From Eledone cirrhosa (lineage: Eukaryota): 64,000 nucleotides of DNA. The stretch is from NCBI GenBank assembly GCA_964016885.1, contig OZ024762.1, positions 14,012,001 through 14,076,000 of the forward strand. Reading direction: 5' to 3'. This document shows, piece by piece, positions 14,098 through 27,900 of this stretch (position 1 is the stretch's first letter; each line of letters begins with the position of its first letter). Position numbers and translations under genes: made by a program. The notes beneath the pieces were generated by a model. The model was not told where the DNA came from. It worked only from the letters and a program-made list of their open reading frames with translations, and did no database searches.

Positions 14098-14206
14098 GAA
14101 ATCGTTATTGATACGGTATGTATAGTAAATCTTGTATCTTACTGTATGCTTCAGTTTAAATATATAAAACATTTGTGGTAAAATCTACCCTCGTAATTTT
14201 ATATAT

Positions 14207-14243
<37 letters not shown>

Positions 14244-14301
14244 ATCGTCAAGTATGAAATTGTAGAAATTTGTTCTTTTTCTACAAATTTCATAATTGAC
14301 G

Positions 14302-14348
<47 letters not shown>

Positions 14349-14521
14349 CTCTAGCTACACAAGCACAATATGCCTGATAAGAATTACACGCCATATAAGT
14401 ATATATATATATATATATTATACTGAATATATATATAATATTGAAACGAAGCCACGGAATAGGACAGATATACACTGGAACTGCTTCCCACTCATTGAAT
14501 AATTTAATTCAGTCAGTATCA

Positions 14522-14807
14522 TTAACTCTTTAGTATTTACATTACTCTATATATACTATTGTATTTTCACAGTAAAGGCTTACCTCACATAGCATTTACA
14601 TTACTCTATATATACTATTGTATTTTCACAGTAAAGGCTTTACTTCACATAATTATCTCACATAATATCGAATTTACGCGATGTTAATATTATTTATTTT
14701 GAGGACAACAACTTAACGTCGGCATGATGTTAAGTTATTGTCGATTTGAACAGGAAGAGGTGTGAAAATCTGGCCGGATACGGCTGGTTTAAATGCTAAA
14801 GGGTTAA
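14522..14807. mobile_element. piggyBac-like MITE
   Basis: TTAA-ctctttagtattta ... taaatgctaaaggg-TTAA terminal inverted repeats with TTAA flanks, plus an internal ~58-bp duplication. Confidence 0.6.
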
Positions 14808-14904
14808 GATCACAACCAAAAGAAAGCAGTGTGTGGACTAATACATCCTGTTTATGTTTTACCATTTCTGAATATCAGGTAATCATCGGTGAGTTTCGAT
14901 GTCC

Positions 14905-15270
14905 CTCATTTTCATAACACACGTGATCTCTGCCGTCTCATTTCTGTAACGCGTGACCTCAGCCGTCTCATTCATTTCCGTAACACTCGTGATCTCAGCT
15001 GTATTATTTCTGTAACACACGTGACCTAAGTTGTCTCATTTCTGTAACACGCTTGACTTCAAATGTCTCATTATCCTGGCACGCATGACCGAAGCTGTCT
15101 CATTTCCGAAACACACGTAACCTAAGTTGTCTCATTTTCGTGACACCTGTGACCTCAGCTGTCTCATTTTCATGACACGCGTGACCTCAGCTCTCTCATT
15201 TTCGTGACATACGTGACCTCAACTCTCATTTTCATGACATACGTGACCCCAACTGTCTCATTTTCGTAAT
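14905..15270. repeat. ~30-32-bp minisatellite
   Basis: Unit ~ctcattttcgtgacacacgtgacctcagctgt. Confidence 0.85.
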
Positions 15271-15284
15271 ATAGTGGTTATTTC

Positions 15285-15730
15285 AAACACATACTTTGTT
15301 TTAAATTAATCTCTTGATTAAGAATGTAAGGAAACTTCCTTGGGATATAGCCAAACATCTTTCGGACCTATATACCTCGTTTTAAAATTAATTTCTTGAT
15401 TAAAAATGTACGAAAATAACTTGGGATATAGTCAAACATATTTGAGAACAATATACTTGGTTCTAAAACCAAGTTTCTTGATTAGAAGATTAGAGGCAAA
15501 TATTCTTGAAATATAGTCAATGTTCTAAGCATATACTTGGTTTTAAAACCAAGTTTCTTGATTAACGATAATAAGGAAACTATCTTAAAATATAGTCACG
15601 GTTTTAAGCATATACATGGTTTTAAAACCAAGTCTCTTGATTAAAGATGTAGGCATACTGTCTTGAGATATATTCAAATAATTTTCTGAGAATATAACCG
15701 GGTTTAAAAGTAAGACTCTCTTGATGAGAG
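15285..15730. repeat. Diverged ~80-bp tandem repeat
   Basis: Recurring atatacttggttttaaaaccaagtttcttgatta...atatagtcaa. Confidence 0.75.
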
Positions 15731-16031
15731 ATTAGATCATTTTCGGTAGTGATGGATGGAGCCCAACAATTTCGGGAGCAATGTAACCGTGTTTAAAACC
15801 AGAGCAGTGCAGTACCATGGATCAGTTATGTATGGCCACTGATGTCACAAATAAATTATCTTATCTTTCGTGTGAAAATGGTTAATGACGTAAGTGGCAT
15901 GCAGAGGAAAAAAATAACAGACATTCAAAGAAAGAAAGAAAGAAAGAAAGGAATAAGTGACACAAAACTCATGAATTGAAGATGCATAGATTTTTATACA
16001 GTTAAAAAATGGGACACTGTACACACATGGG

Positions 16032-16073
<42 letters not shown>

Positions 16074-16158
16074 TACATATATATATGGGCTTATATATTC
16101 TTGTATGTTTCAATATATAACATTTTACATACATTCACAGGCACGCACGCACACACCC

Positions 16159-16192
<34 letters not shown>

Positions 16193-17097
16193 GTACATGT
16201 ATATATAATATATATAATGCTTATTTATATACGTACATGTATATATAATATATATAATGCTTATTTATATACGTACATGTATATATAATATATATAATGC
16301 TTATTTATATACGTACGTGTATATATAATATATATAATGCTTATTTATATACGCATATGTATCAGTTACATATATTTCCCTTCATTAGTGTATATAGATA
16401 TGTACGTATATATATATATATATATATATATATACGTATACTCAAATTATTTTAATAAATTTTTAGTCATATATATACATATATATAGGCATATATACAG
16501 ATTTATATGCATGTATATATATATATATATATACATATATATTAAATATACAGATCTACATGTATATATACGACACACATAATACATATATACCTATATA
16601 TATATAAATACATATATATATATATATATATACACACATACATACACACACACGAACACATATATATACACACATATATATATGTATATATATGTACATA
16701 GGATATGAAAAAAAAAAATAATCACCGGGGTTCGAACTAATTTGAACCGAACCCACAATCTACCAGGTGCGCATGCGTGTGAATGGAATTATGGGTACTA
16801 ATCTAAATAAAAGGTTGATTCAAATGTAAAACGTCTAAGAGGTTTACCAGTCTACGGTATGAAATTATTATCATTATTGTTATTATTATTATTAGTAGTA
16901 GTAGTAATAGTATCACGTTTACGTAACCGAAAACTGTGTCTTTGGTTCGTTCTCGCCAATTCCTCTTTTAAAATGTCTGTTAAAAGTTTTATTTTTTCCC
17001 CGAAATTTCCCCAACCCCTGACCTACGTTTAATAGTTAGTTAGGCCTCGTGGTTTATTAAAAAACAACAAAAAAAAAACAATATACATAGAGGTGTC

Positions 17098-17137
<40 letters not shown>

Positions 17138-17547
17138 TATATGTATATATATTTATATCCACATATATATATATGTATACATATATTTATATGTATATAT
17201 ATTTATATATATATGTATACATATATTTATATGTATATATATTTATATATATATATATATATGTATATATATTTATATACATATATATATATATATGTAT
17301 ATATATTTATATACATATATATATATATATGTATAAATATTTATATACATATATATATATATGTATATGTATATATATTTATATACATATATATATATAT
17401 ACATATATATATATGTATATTTATATATATATATATGTATATTTATATACATATATATATATGTATATTTATATACACATATATATTTATATACACATAT
17501 ATATATGTATTTATATACATATATATATATATATATGTATATATATT

Positions 17548-17594
<47 letters not shown>

Positions 17595-17625
17595 TTATAC
17601 ACATATATATATATGTATTTATATT

Positions 17626-17664
<39 letters not shown>

Positions 17665-17709
17665 TTATATTTATATACATATATATATATATATGTATGT
17701 ATTTATATT

Positions 17710-17740
<31 letters not shown>

Positions 17741-17748
17741 TTATATAC

Positions 17749-17780
<32 letters not shown>

Positions 17781-17786
17781 TTATAT

Positions 17787-17830
<44 letters not shown>

Positions 17831-17945
17831 TTATATACATATATATATATATGTATATATCTACATATACGTAGACATGTTTGACACTTTGAAAACACCC
17901 TGCAAGTGAGAGGGATTAACCGTCTTCAATAACGACGCATATATA

Positions 17946-17993
<48 letters not shown>

Positions 17994-19740
17994 ACGTAAA
18001 AAATGAAACTGGGTGTATCAAACACAACCATTATTTTATCATCAACCTGATATTTTCAGTTCAGTCAATGGTATTATTTACACATTTTTCTCATATCAGG
18101 ACTTTTTAGGAGTTATTTTCGTGAAGGATTTGTAACTGTTGTGTGTTTTACACGTATGAGACTGTCTTTATAATTATGCTTGGTTTTGTATCACGGCGTG
18201 GCCGTGAGTGTCTGTACGTGTGTGGGAGGGACGTGTGTGTGTTGTGTAATTTGGTAGGTCAGAAAGTGTTTGTATAAATAACAAAAAAATGTATATATAT
18301 ATATTTTTTAAAGTTTCATTGAAAATGTTGTGAGGTGTTTTTCTTGTGTGTATATGTTTTAAAAATGTTACTTAGTCTTGTATATTAGTGTGTATGTGTG
18401 TGTAAATGTTATCTAGTTGGTTTCGTGTGTGTGTTTGTGTGGGAAAAATGTTACTTAGACAGATACATTAGTATGTGTGTGTGTATTTGTGTGTGAAAAA
18501 TGTTTCTATATATTAGTATGTGTATGTAAATGAAAATATTGTGTTCTATTTTTTGCTAGATTGCATCTTCAGAATGCCTGTGTATTTCTGTGTCGCTTTG
18601 TGTATTTACATATGTCTATTTACATATGTGTGTATTTCCGTGTTCCTCTATGTGTTTCCGTGATTATGGTTGTGTATGTATGTATGTGTGTGTGTGTGTG
18701 TACGTATTAAGTACTCGTGTATCTACGAGAGTCCTTTCTCTGCTAAACAAAAAAAAAATATCTATTCTTTATTATTTACCTTATTCCATGGAAGTATTCG
18801 TGAGATTGTGGTAGTATGTTACCTCGTGAGAATGTGGTAGCTTCTTACATTGTGTGAATCTGGTGGTATGTGACTTCGTGTTAATGTGGTGGTGTGTTTC
18901 CCCGTGTGAATGTGGTGGTATGTTACGTAGTGTGAATGTGGTAGCATGTTACTTCGTCAGAATGTGGTGGAATTGCTTTTTTTTTTTCCTTGAAAATGTT
19001 CACCGCATACCAATGACTCGTATGAGGGTGTAGTGTGGTAGGGTGTGGGCGAATGTATTCTCAAATTGGTGGGGGAGATGGCCTGAATGTTTGCCAAAGA
19101 TTACTCATTTGAAACCATCCAAAACACCATAATGCTGTCCTTGAATCGGTAGGGAAGGGCCAGCCATTAAGGCTACCAGCCAAATAGGACCTTAAATGTA
19201 GAAGATATAGCAGAAACAAATAGCACAGTACCCCATGACTAATGCTCTACTGAGTATAGTATCCACGCTACCCTCGAGACCTCATGAATTGGTACTTTAT
19301 CTGTCGGTCTCTAGAGAGATGCAACGTAAAACTGACCTTGGTGGGGCTTGAACTCAGATGGCAAAAGGCCGAGTGTGTCTGTATGTATGTATGTTTCTGT
19401 ATGTGAATATGTTTGTGTGTGCGTGTTAGCACCAAATGCGTATGTGTCTGTTTGTGGTGCGTGTGTGCACCTATTTTGTCTCTGTCTGTCTGTGTTTGTT
19501 TCTGTGTATGTGTTTGTGTCAACAAGTATGTGTATGACATTGTTCAGGTCATCTAATTTTCATTCTCCTCCTCCTCCTCCTCATTCGTAACATATTCCTC
19601 ATCATCATCATCATCCTCAACATGATTACGATCAATCTCATGATTGATCTTATAATCATGCTACTACTACTATTGCTGGGGATGTTAATGGTGATGATGA
19701 TGACAATGTATGATCATTATTATTAAAATTATAAATAATA

Positions 19741-20240
19741 GTTATTTTATTAGGCGTCACTGGGGCACTAGGAAAGGTCCCTAAACGAGTTACGTCTTTC
19801 ATCAAAAACCTTGGGATACCCGACTGCATAAGCAGTACCCAAATTTCTACCATCACTAACACTGTCAGATTCCTACACGAGATGTATTGAGCCTCTGATA
19901 TCACGGACTGATCTGATGTCACTTAATAAGCTTCACCTAGCAATCGATTGCTAGAGAAACCTTACAATTATTATTATCATTATTAACCATCACTAGCTCT
20001 ACCAGAATCCTACACGAGATATATTGAGCCTTTGATATCAGGGACTGATCTAAGGTCAGTTTAACACGCTTCACCTAGCAATCGATTGCTAGAGAAACCT
20101 TACAATTATTATTATCATTATTAACCATCACTAGCTCTACCAGAATCCTACACGAGATATATTGAGCCTCTGATATCACGGACTGATCTGATGTCACTTA
20201 ACAAGCTTCACCTAGCAATCGATTGCTAGAGAAACCCTAT
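19741..20240 (+). mobile_element. R4/Dong-like non-LTR element 3' end with a triplicated ~138-bp 3' UTR
   Basis: VILLGVTGALGKVPKRVTSFIKNLGIPDCISSTQISTITNTVRFLHEMY* resembles the C-terminus of RLE-type R4 ORFs. Repeat units start at ~19871, 20008 and 20146. Confidence 0.65.
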
Positions 20241-21516
20241 TACGATGGTGATGATGATGGTGAAAATGACCACATAGCGCTTAATATGCCATCATATTTA
20301 CCAATATAGGGCCCTTTATAGTCTTCCATTGTCACCATCACCATCATCATCATCATTATAGTCTTCTACAAAATTATCATCATTATCTTTATCTTCACCA
20401 TTAACCATCATCATCATCATCATTGTAATCATTATCAGTAATATTATTTTTATTATTACGATTATTATAATTACCAACATCGGCATCGTCATCGTCATCG
20501 CTGTCATCGCCGTCATCGCCGTCATTGTAACGATGAAATTATCATCATCATCATTATTATCAACATCAACAACACTGTTATCAGTGATTATAACGTCAAA
20601 ACTATCATCACCATCACCATCATCATCATCATCATCATCCTTATTGATCGTAACTTCAGTGCTGTCATCGTCAACGTCATCGGTACTGTCATCGCCATCA
20701 TCATCATCATCATCATAACTACCAGTGATCATAACGTCAATATCATCATCATCATCATCACCATCACCATCAGCATTACTATCATTGATCAGCAATAAAA
20801 GTGTTAATCAAAGATACATAAACAACAACAACAACAAAAACAAGATTAACAAGGAGGAAAAAAAACAAAAGAAAAAACAACGATAAACTCATATAAAAAC
20901 ATAAACAAGAAAAAATGAAGGATAAACGATTTCTTATATCATATATATATATATGTTTATATATATATATATTTATATATAGGGTTTATATTTTAATGGG
21001 GGGTATGTGTATATATGTGTGTATATATATTTATATATAGGGTTTATATTTTAATTGGATGTATGTGTATATATATATATATAGGGTTTATATTTTAATT
21101 GGATGTATGTGTATATATATATATATATAGGGTTTATATTTTAATGGGGGGTATGTGTATATATGTGTGTATATATATATTTATATATAGGGTTTATATT
21201 TTAATTGGATGTATGTGTATATATATATATATTTATATATAGGGTTTATATTTTAATGGGATGTATGTGTATATCTGTGTGTGTATATATGTGTATGTAT
21301 GTATATATGTTTCATATTTTAATGGGAGGTATGTATCTATATATGTGAGACTGCGTGTGTATATATATATATATTTATATATGTATATATATGTATAGAT
21401 ATATGTTTTATATTTTAATGGGAGCTATGTGTATATATATATTTGTATACATATATGTATATATGTGTGGATGTAAGTATGTAGTTATATATACACACTT
21501 TATATTTAAATGGGAG

Positions 21517-21554
<38 letters not shown>

Positions 21555-24259
21555 TTATTGGCTCAGGAAATTCATCCGATACGATAATTCAAATATATAT
21601 AAGTATATATAAATATAAATGTGATTGTGTGTGTGTGTGTGTGTATGTATGTGTGTGTGTGTGTGTGTGTGTGTGGGGGGGGGTTATATTGTAAAACATT
21701 CTCTTACTAATGCCATTGTTTAAAAAAATAAAATAACGTGAAAAATAAACTTAAATAAAATATGTAAAGGAATAAAAAGTAAATAAACGGAAGCACGAGG
21801 AACAGGGGAGGAACTTAACCCTTTAAAATTGTCTGGAACTGTTTAAAACTATCTCCATACTACACACTACTGATTTAGGCACGTTAAAGGGACGTAACTT
21901 TATATCGCAAACTATGCTCTCCCAAGGCTCTGTCGACGCTCTATTGATTCTGCCAATCAACCATACTTGTGCTGACAGAAAAGAAACGTCACTTGTTAAG
22001 AGAGTGTGTGTGTATATGTATATACACATATATATATATATGTATATGTATATAAATATACACACATATATATATACACACACGTGTATATATATATATA
22101 TATAGACACATGCATATGTATATATATATACACATGTATATATATATATACACATGTGTATGTGTGTATATATATATATGTACACACACCACACACCACA
22201 CACACATACATACACACATACACACATATATATACATATATACACACATATCTTGTTGCAGGTTTCGAAATCTTTGGTAATCTTAAATATGTTCATAATT
22301 AGATTTACTTTTATTGATCTCCAATTATATATAGAATTTCGATTGCCCGAAAGGCATAGATGTTTCCAAGGTATGATTTAATATCAGAAATCGATCCCTC
22401 GGGATCCCTATTAAAATGTCCGTCAAACCTTCCCTATGTCAGTCATTATTATAATAATGGTTTCCGAATTAGGCACAAGGCCAACAATTATACCAGTGTA
22501 TTACTGGTACTTTGTTTTATCGACCCCGTAAGGATGAAAGGCAAAGTTAACCTCGGAGGGTTTTCAACTCGGATCATAAAGGGCAGAAACTCTATGGTGC
22601 AAAGCATGGTGTCCGATACTGCCAATCCAATAACAATAGTTTCTGATTTAGGCACAAGGCCAATCATTTTGATTAAAACGACACCAGTACATTACTGGTA
22701 CTTTATTTTATCTACCCTGTAAGGATGAAAGGCGACATTACTTTTTGAGTCCTATAACGCTGAGATTAAAGAGACATAACTCTGTGCCACAAAGCATATT
22801 GTACGACAATTACTGCCAATCCACCTCCCTAATAATTGTTTCTACTTTTGGCACAAGGCCAGCAATTACCCCCCCCCCCCCCGTGTATTACTGGTACTTT
22901 ATTTTATCGACCCCGTAAGGATGAAAGGCAAAGTCAACCTCGGCGGGATTTGAACTAAGATCGTAAAGGGACGTAACTCTATGCTGCAAAGCATGGCATC
23001 CGACCCTCTACCGATACCTGATTTAGGCACAGGGCAAATTTTATTGGTGGAGGGAAATGTCGATTAAATCGACCCCAGTGCGTTACTGGTACCTTATTTT
23101 ATCAACTTCGTAAAAATTATAAACAATGCTAACCTCGCCGGGATCTGAACTCATAACGTAAAGGGCCGTTAATCCATGCCATAAAGCTTGTTGTTCGACG
23201 CTCTACCGATTTTGCCAATCCGCCTCCATTATTATAATTATTCATCCTTACGGAATCGATAAAATAAAGTACCAGTAATACACTGGGTAATTGCTGGCCT
23301 TGTGCCAAAGGTAGAAACAATTATTATAATTATAGTTGTCATTCCTTTTATTATATGGAACTAGCATCAACAGTGTTTAATAAATCATGGAAGAATTATC
23401 AGATTAACTTCTAAATTATATGTTTCTTTGTGGTGTTTGCTCGAGGACCCGTTATATATACACACATACACACATACAGCTCCAATTGCTAATGCTATCT
23501 ATCGGTCGCAACTCCAGGTAGAAGGAGCAACGTGAAATAAACTGTCTTGCTCAAGGACATAACGCATCGCCCGTTCAGGGAATCGAACTCACAACCTCAA
23601 GATTGTGAATCCAATTCTCTAACCAATCAGCCACGCGCCTTCACTAAATACCCACACTCACGCACACACACAGGCACGCACAGACACAGACACAGATACA
23701 GACACACACACACACACAGAGGGAGAGATGGGAAAGAGGGAGTCTTTTTTTTCCTTATGCTCTCCTTCGCATTTTGGAACAAATGTTTTTGTTTTACCGT
23801 CAGACAATTTTTCCAAAGAAAATCTGTTCGTAAAGAGGCATAGTGTCGTTCACATAGGTAGCGCTAGTGGGCACCCCCCCCCTCCCTAACAAAGGGTAGT
23901 AGCAAAATATATGCTTCAAACTTTCAACATATTTTTTTAAAAAGCTTAAATAAAAAATACATATAATACGGAAATGACATTTGCAAAGACCGACACATGA
24001 AAAAAAAAAAAAAAAAATTACACAAAACACTATATATATATATATAGGGTCACCCCGCAAAAATGCATACACACTTTAATTACCTGTACAGGTAATATTA
24101 ATTAGAATGATGTTGAAGTGTGTATATATTTTTGGGACACTATATATATATATATATATATATATATTCTAGGATCGCTAACATTTGACTGATTCAATTA
24201 AATTATATCGAACCCAACTGTTTGGATTGAATAAGTCAAATGTTAGCGACCGTCGACTG

Positions 24260-24307
<48 letters not shown>

Positions 24308-24399
24308 TGAAGTATTTCCGTCGGAAAGATACAGGAAAAAAGAGTCCTCTATGTAGGCTACAGAGCTTATTAGTTAATAATATAACTAAAAATATATAT

Positions 24400-24980
24400 A
24401 TAACCAAAGATTAATATGGTTCATTGATTACTCAATGAATATAGTTTTACAATAGATTAAAAGCACTCTATAATGAAGTTTTCTGGAGTTATTAATATTA
24501 TTCAGAATATTAATAAATGAAGACATTCACATAAGCAAAATATATGTTTTATTATATATATTTCGGAGGTATATGAAGCCCTAGTCGGTGTGTCGAAGTA
24601 TGTAGTATGCTCTGTAAGCAGTGATAGAGCATGTGGAAATGTGTGATGGTCTTTAAAACTGAGGATGAGGCGAAGAAAGCTTTAAAACTTGTGCACCACA
24701 CACACCTTTCTGCAAATTGTTGTCACTATATAGGCTGTTTTTTAAAAAAAATAGATATCACTTGGCTGTTGTTAAGTTTGTCACATTGAAATTTATATTG
24801 TGAATTATTGTCTTAATCTTGTTTAATTTTGAGGAATATATCTTATATTGCTCAGCATTAAGGCCTCTTCAGTCTCGTTGTTCTAGACTTTCTACTTTCT
24901 GGGATATTTATATCTCAAATGATATCAACATTTTTATAATCACCCTGAAGATGAAGAGGTGAAACACGTGTCACGATCTG
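24400..24980 (-). pseudogene. Degenerate Penelope-like GIY-YIG C-terminal remnant
   Basis: Minus-strand fragments YKFQCD, AYIVTT, SLLTEH and IIECF occur in the order expected for a PLE endonuclease end, with frameshifts and stops. An HHR-like CTGAAGA...GAAAC-ACGT-GTC lies at 24945-24972 (+). Confidence 0.35.
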
Positions 24981-27900
24981 AGACCTTAATACGGATTTTG
25001 ACTCGTGAGTCATCGTTATACTTGTAGCAGAGCATAGTCAGGTGGTGAGCGGGGCACCCGGTAGCGCGAAACAATGTACGGTCGGGTGGAGTATACAAGA
25101 ACATGCAAGTTCTTATGATCCTCCCGAGAACGGTAAAAGCAGTCTTTGTGGGTTTATATGGGAATGCAAATAGATTAGCTTTGAAGGACAGGAATCACTT
25201 GAGTGCTTCCTTCTTTAAAGAATTAGAGACCTAGATGAACAACAGAATCCTCAATACCAACGGCCGTCATTTAAAGTGGACCTTTTCAGAGTTCCTCCTT
25301 TTCCTTATCGTCCCTCTCCGCAGATAATAAAATAAAATAAATATTGCCTACTCTATCTTGGTGCCAAGAGCAGACAACTAGGAAGCCGAGGTTGTCCAGT
25401 TTTCGGGTCCGGAGCTAGATAGCGGTCACAACCATTATATACCACCCCCATCATCTTAAGATGTTGGCGGGGGAAAGAAATGGACGCTAGAGAAGCGGGG
25501 CTAAAGTGCAAGGGACAACATTGAAAGTATTTATGAAAAGAAAAAATATATATAATAAGGAACCATAGAATATAAAAGCGTGTCGAAGTGAAGCGAAATC
25601 CAAGAAAAGTACCCCAATCTCTTTGCGTCCTCCTCTGATATAACAAACTCACGGTTCTTTGAATAACCAATCACTGAGGTGAACTATTTAAGGGTGAGGA
25701 ATATAAAGGGGTGCGAGGAATTGTGCCAATTGAAAAAAATTTGGGTTTACATTTTGTAGAAATCTAAAATTACAAAAGTGATCAAATAAGAATCCTACTA
25801 GCAGGCCACGAAATGTAAAAGTGTAGCTACACAGAAAACACGAGAAGATCAACACGAGGGGAGCATCATTGTGGGCCCTTTTCGAAAGTACCAGTTTTTC
25901 ACACCAGGAGCCGAGAGTTGTAGTCGGGGGGTAACTTGATATAAACTACATACAGGCTTCTCACCTGTGTGTAAGGGGGAAGGGGTTGCCTTTATTTTTC
26001 TCAGTAGTCATACTATAGTATTACGTGTTCCAGCCGACAGGCTGGGGCCATACTGGGGCCATGCCGGGGCACCTTCATTTATTTATTTATGTATATATAT
26101 ATTTATTTTATTTTGCATTATTTATCCGTATATATTTGGTGTAATTTACCTGCTTTTCAAAAATATTTATCTGTCTCGAGAGAGAGAGAGAGAGAGTGTG
26201 TGTGTGTGTGTGTGTATATATATACATACATACATACATACAATCCCATGAAATCGTAATACCATATATATATATATATTAGATGTCGCTCATCAGATAT
26301 GATGAAAACAAGCAATGGCGTATAACACCAAATCTGATTTGAGAAGAGAAATTATTTATGAGAAACGAAATTCAACCCTAATTGAAAAAAAAAAAAAAAA
26401 AATTGAAATCTAAAAAGAAAATAGTCCGAATAAAACAGGTGGTGTTTTAATCCAGTAAAACTCCGAGTTCACATCCTTGGGTTTAATTATGTTTATCATT
26501 GCGAGATGAAAAATAGTACCGTTGTATATGATGGCTCTATATTCTTAGTGCCAACATAAACAATTCTTTATTTTTTATTTTTTAAATGTTCTCTGTCCAA
26601 CGAAGTGTTATTGTCTAAACGTCAATCTTCTTTTAAGTTCTGCGCCATACGAACTTAACTCATTCAAGTATTTTCAAATACTGCCGAGACTTATAAAGAA
26701 TTATTTTTACTTTCGTATTTCTGTTTTATAACTTTTAAAAATTTATTTTTTTTTTTTCTGTGATTTACTATAGGGAACAAATTTACCAGCGCTATAATTG
26801 ACATCATCATCATCATCATAGCCAACATTGTCATTTTTGTTATAATTATCATTGTTCATTTTATTAATATAACTTTTAATAACTATTAAGATATATTACA
26901 AAATTTAATATGGAAAAAATTTGCTTTAAAAATTTTTACAACATTCTTATTTTAATTTTTTTTTCTGCTGCGTTTCGGTTAAAGTACCTTATTTTATTAT
27001 ATATACATATATTATTTTTTTTATTATTTCAAACAGCGTTAAACTACAAAATGGCGTCAATCTATTCACATTCATAGTATTTGTCATTGTTGTTGTTTTT
27101 CTTGTGTTTGAATTGTTTGAAATTTTCATATTTAAATTTTTTGCTAACCAACAGAGAGACGGGGAGGGGGGGGGGTAGAGTGAGAGGTTGAGAGGGATGG
27201 AGAAAGAGAGCCAGAGAATCATAGAGAAGGAGGGAATGAGAAAAACAGTGAGACGCATAGAGGGGGAGAAAAACAGAGAGAGATAGACAGGCATGTAAAT
27301 AGAGAGATAAAGACAGAGGGAGATAAATAGATGGAGAAAGACAGAGAATGAGAGAGAGAGAGAGAGAGAGAAAACTAATAAGAGATATAAAGATAGATAA
27401 AGTTAGAGAGAGAGAGAGGGTGGAAGAAATAGAGGGGGGAGAAGATGACATTGTAATATTAAAAATAGTTTAAAAAACAATACTACAAAAACAACAACAG
27501 CTAAACAATAGTGTTTAGATTCCTCGATGGAGGAAGGAAAATGGTGGGAAATTTTAGTAAAACCCTTAAAAAGAGAAAACGTTTTTTTTAAAGTTTGTTT
27601 GTGTTTTTTTAATTTTTTAGGGGGAGAAATTTTTAGAATTAAATGTATACAATATATAAGGGATTTAATTTGGCAATCATATTTTAAAATGTATTTAAAA
27701 TGTAGTGGAGTTTAGTATTATTTATAATAATAAGAATAACAATAATAATGATAATAATTATTTTTATTATCATTTTAACTGTAATAAGTATTTTATATAT
27801 ATATATATATATATAAAGGATTTTTTAAATTGGCACATGACCACAAATTTGTATATTTGAGCTTCAGTCGATTCCCCTAACCCCCAGTTTATTACTGCTA

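Larger units (their letters stand above)
12759..14200 (+). mobile_element. (TA)n-flanked fold-back PLE-like element carrying SINE copies and a hammerhead
   Basis: 12759-12838 is the reverse complement of ~13772-13851, and 13411-13457 of ~13543-13590. The spacer 13455-13540 repeats the 3' tail 14116-14200. HHR at 14008-14097. (TA)n on both sides. Confidence 0.7.

Noticed and set aside
26283-26305. Minus-strand CTGATGA next to (TA)n
   Set aside because: No GAAA, stem III or stem I partner found.
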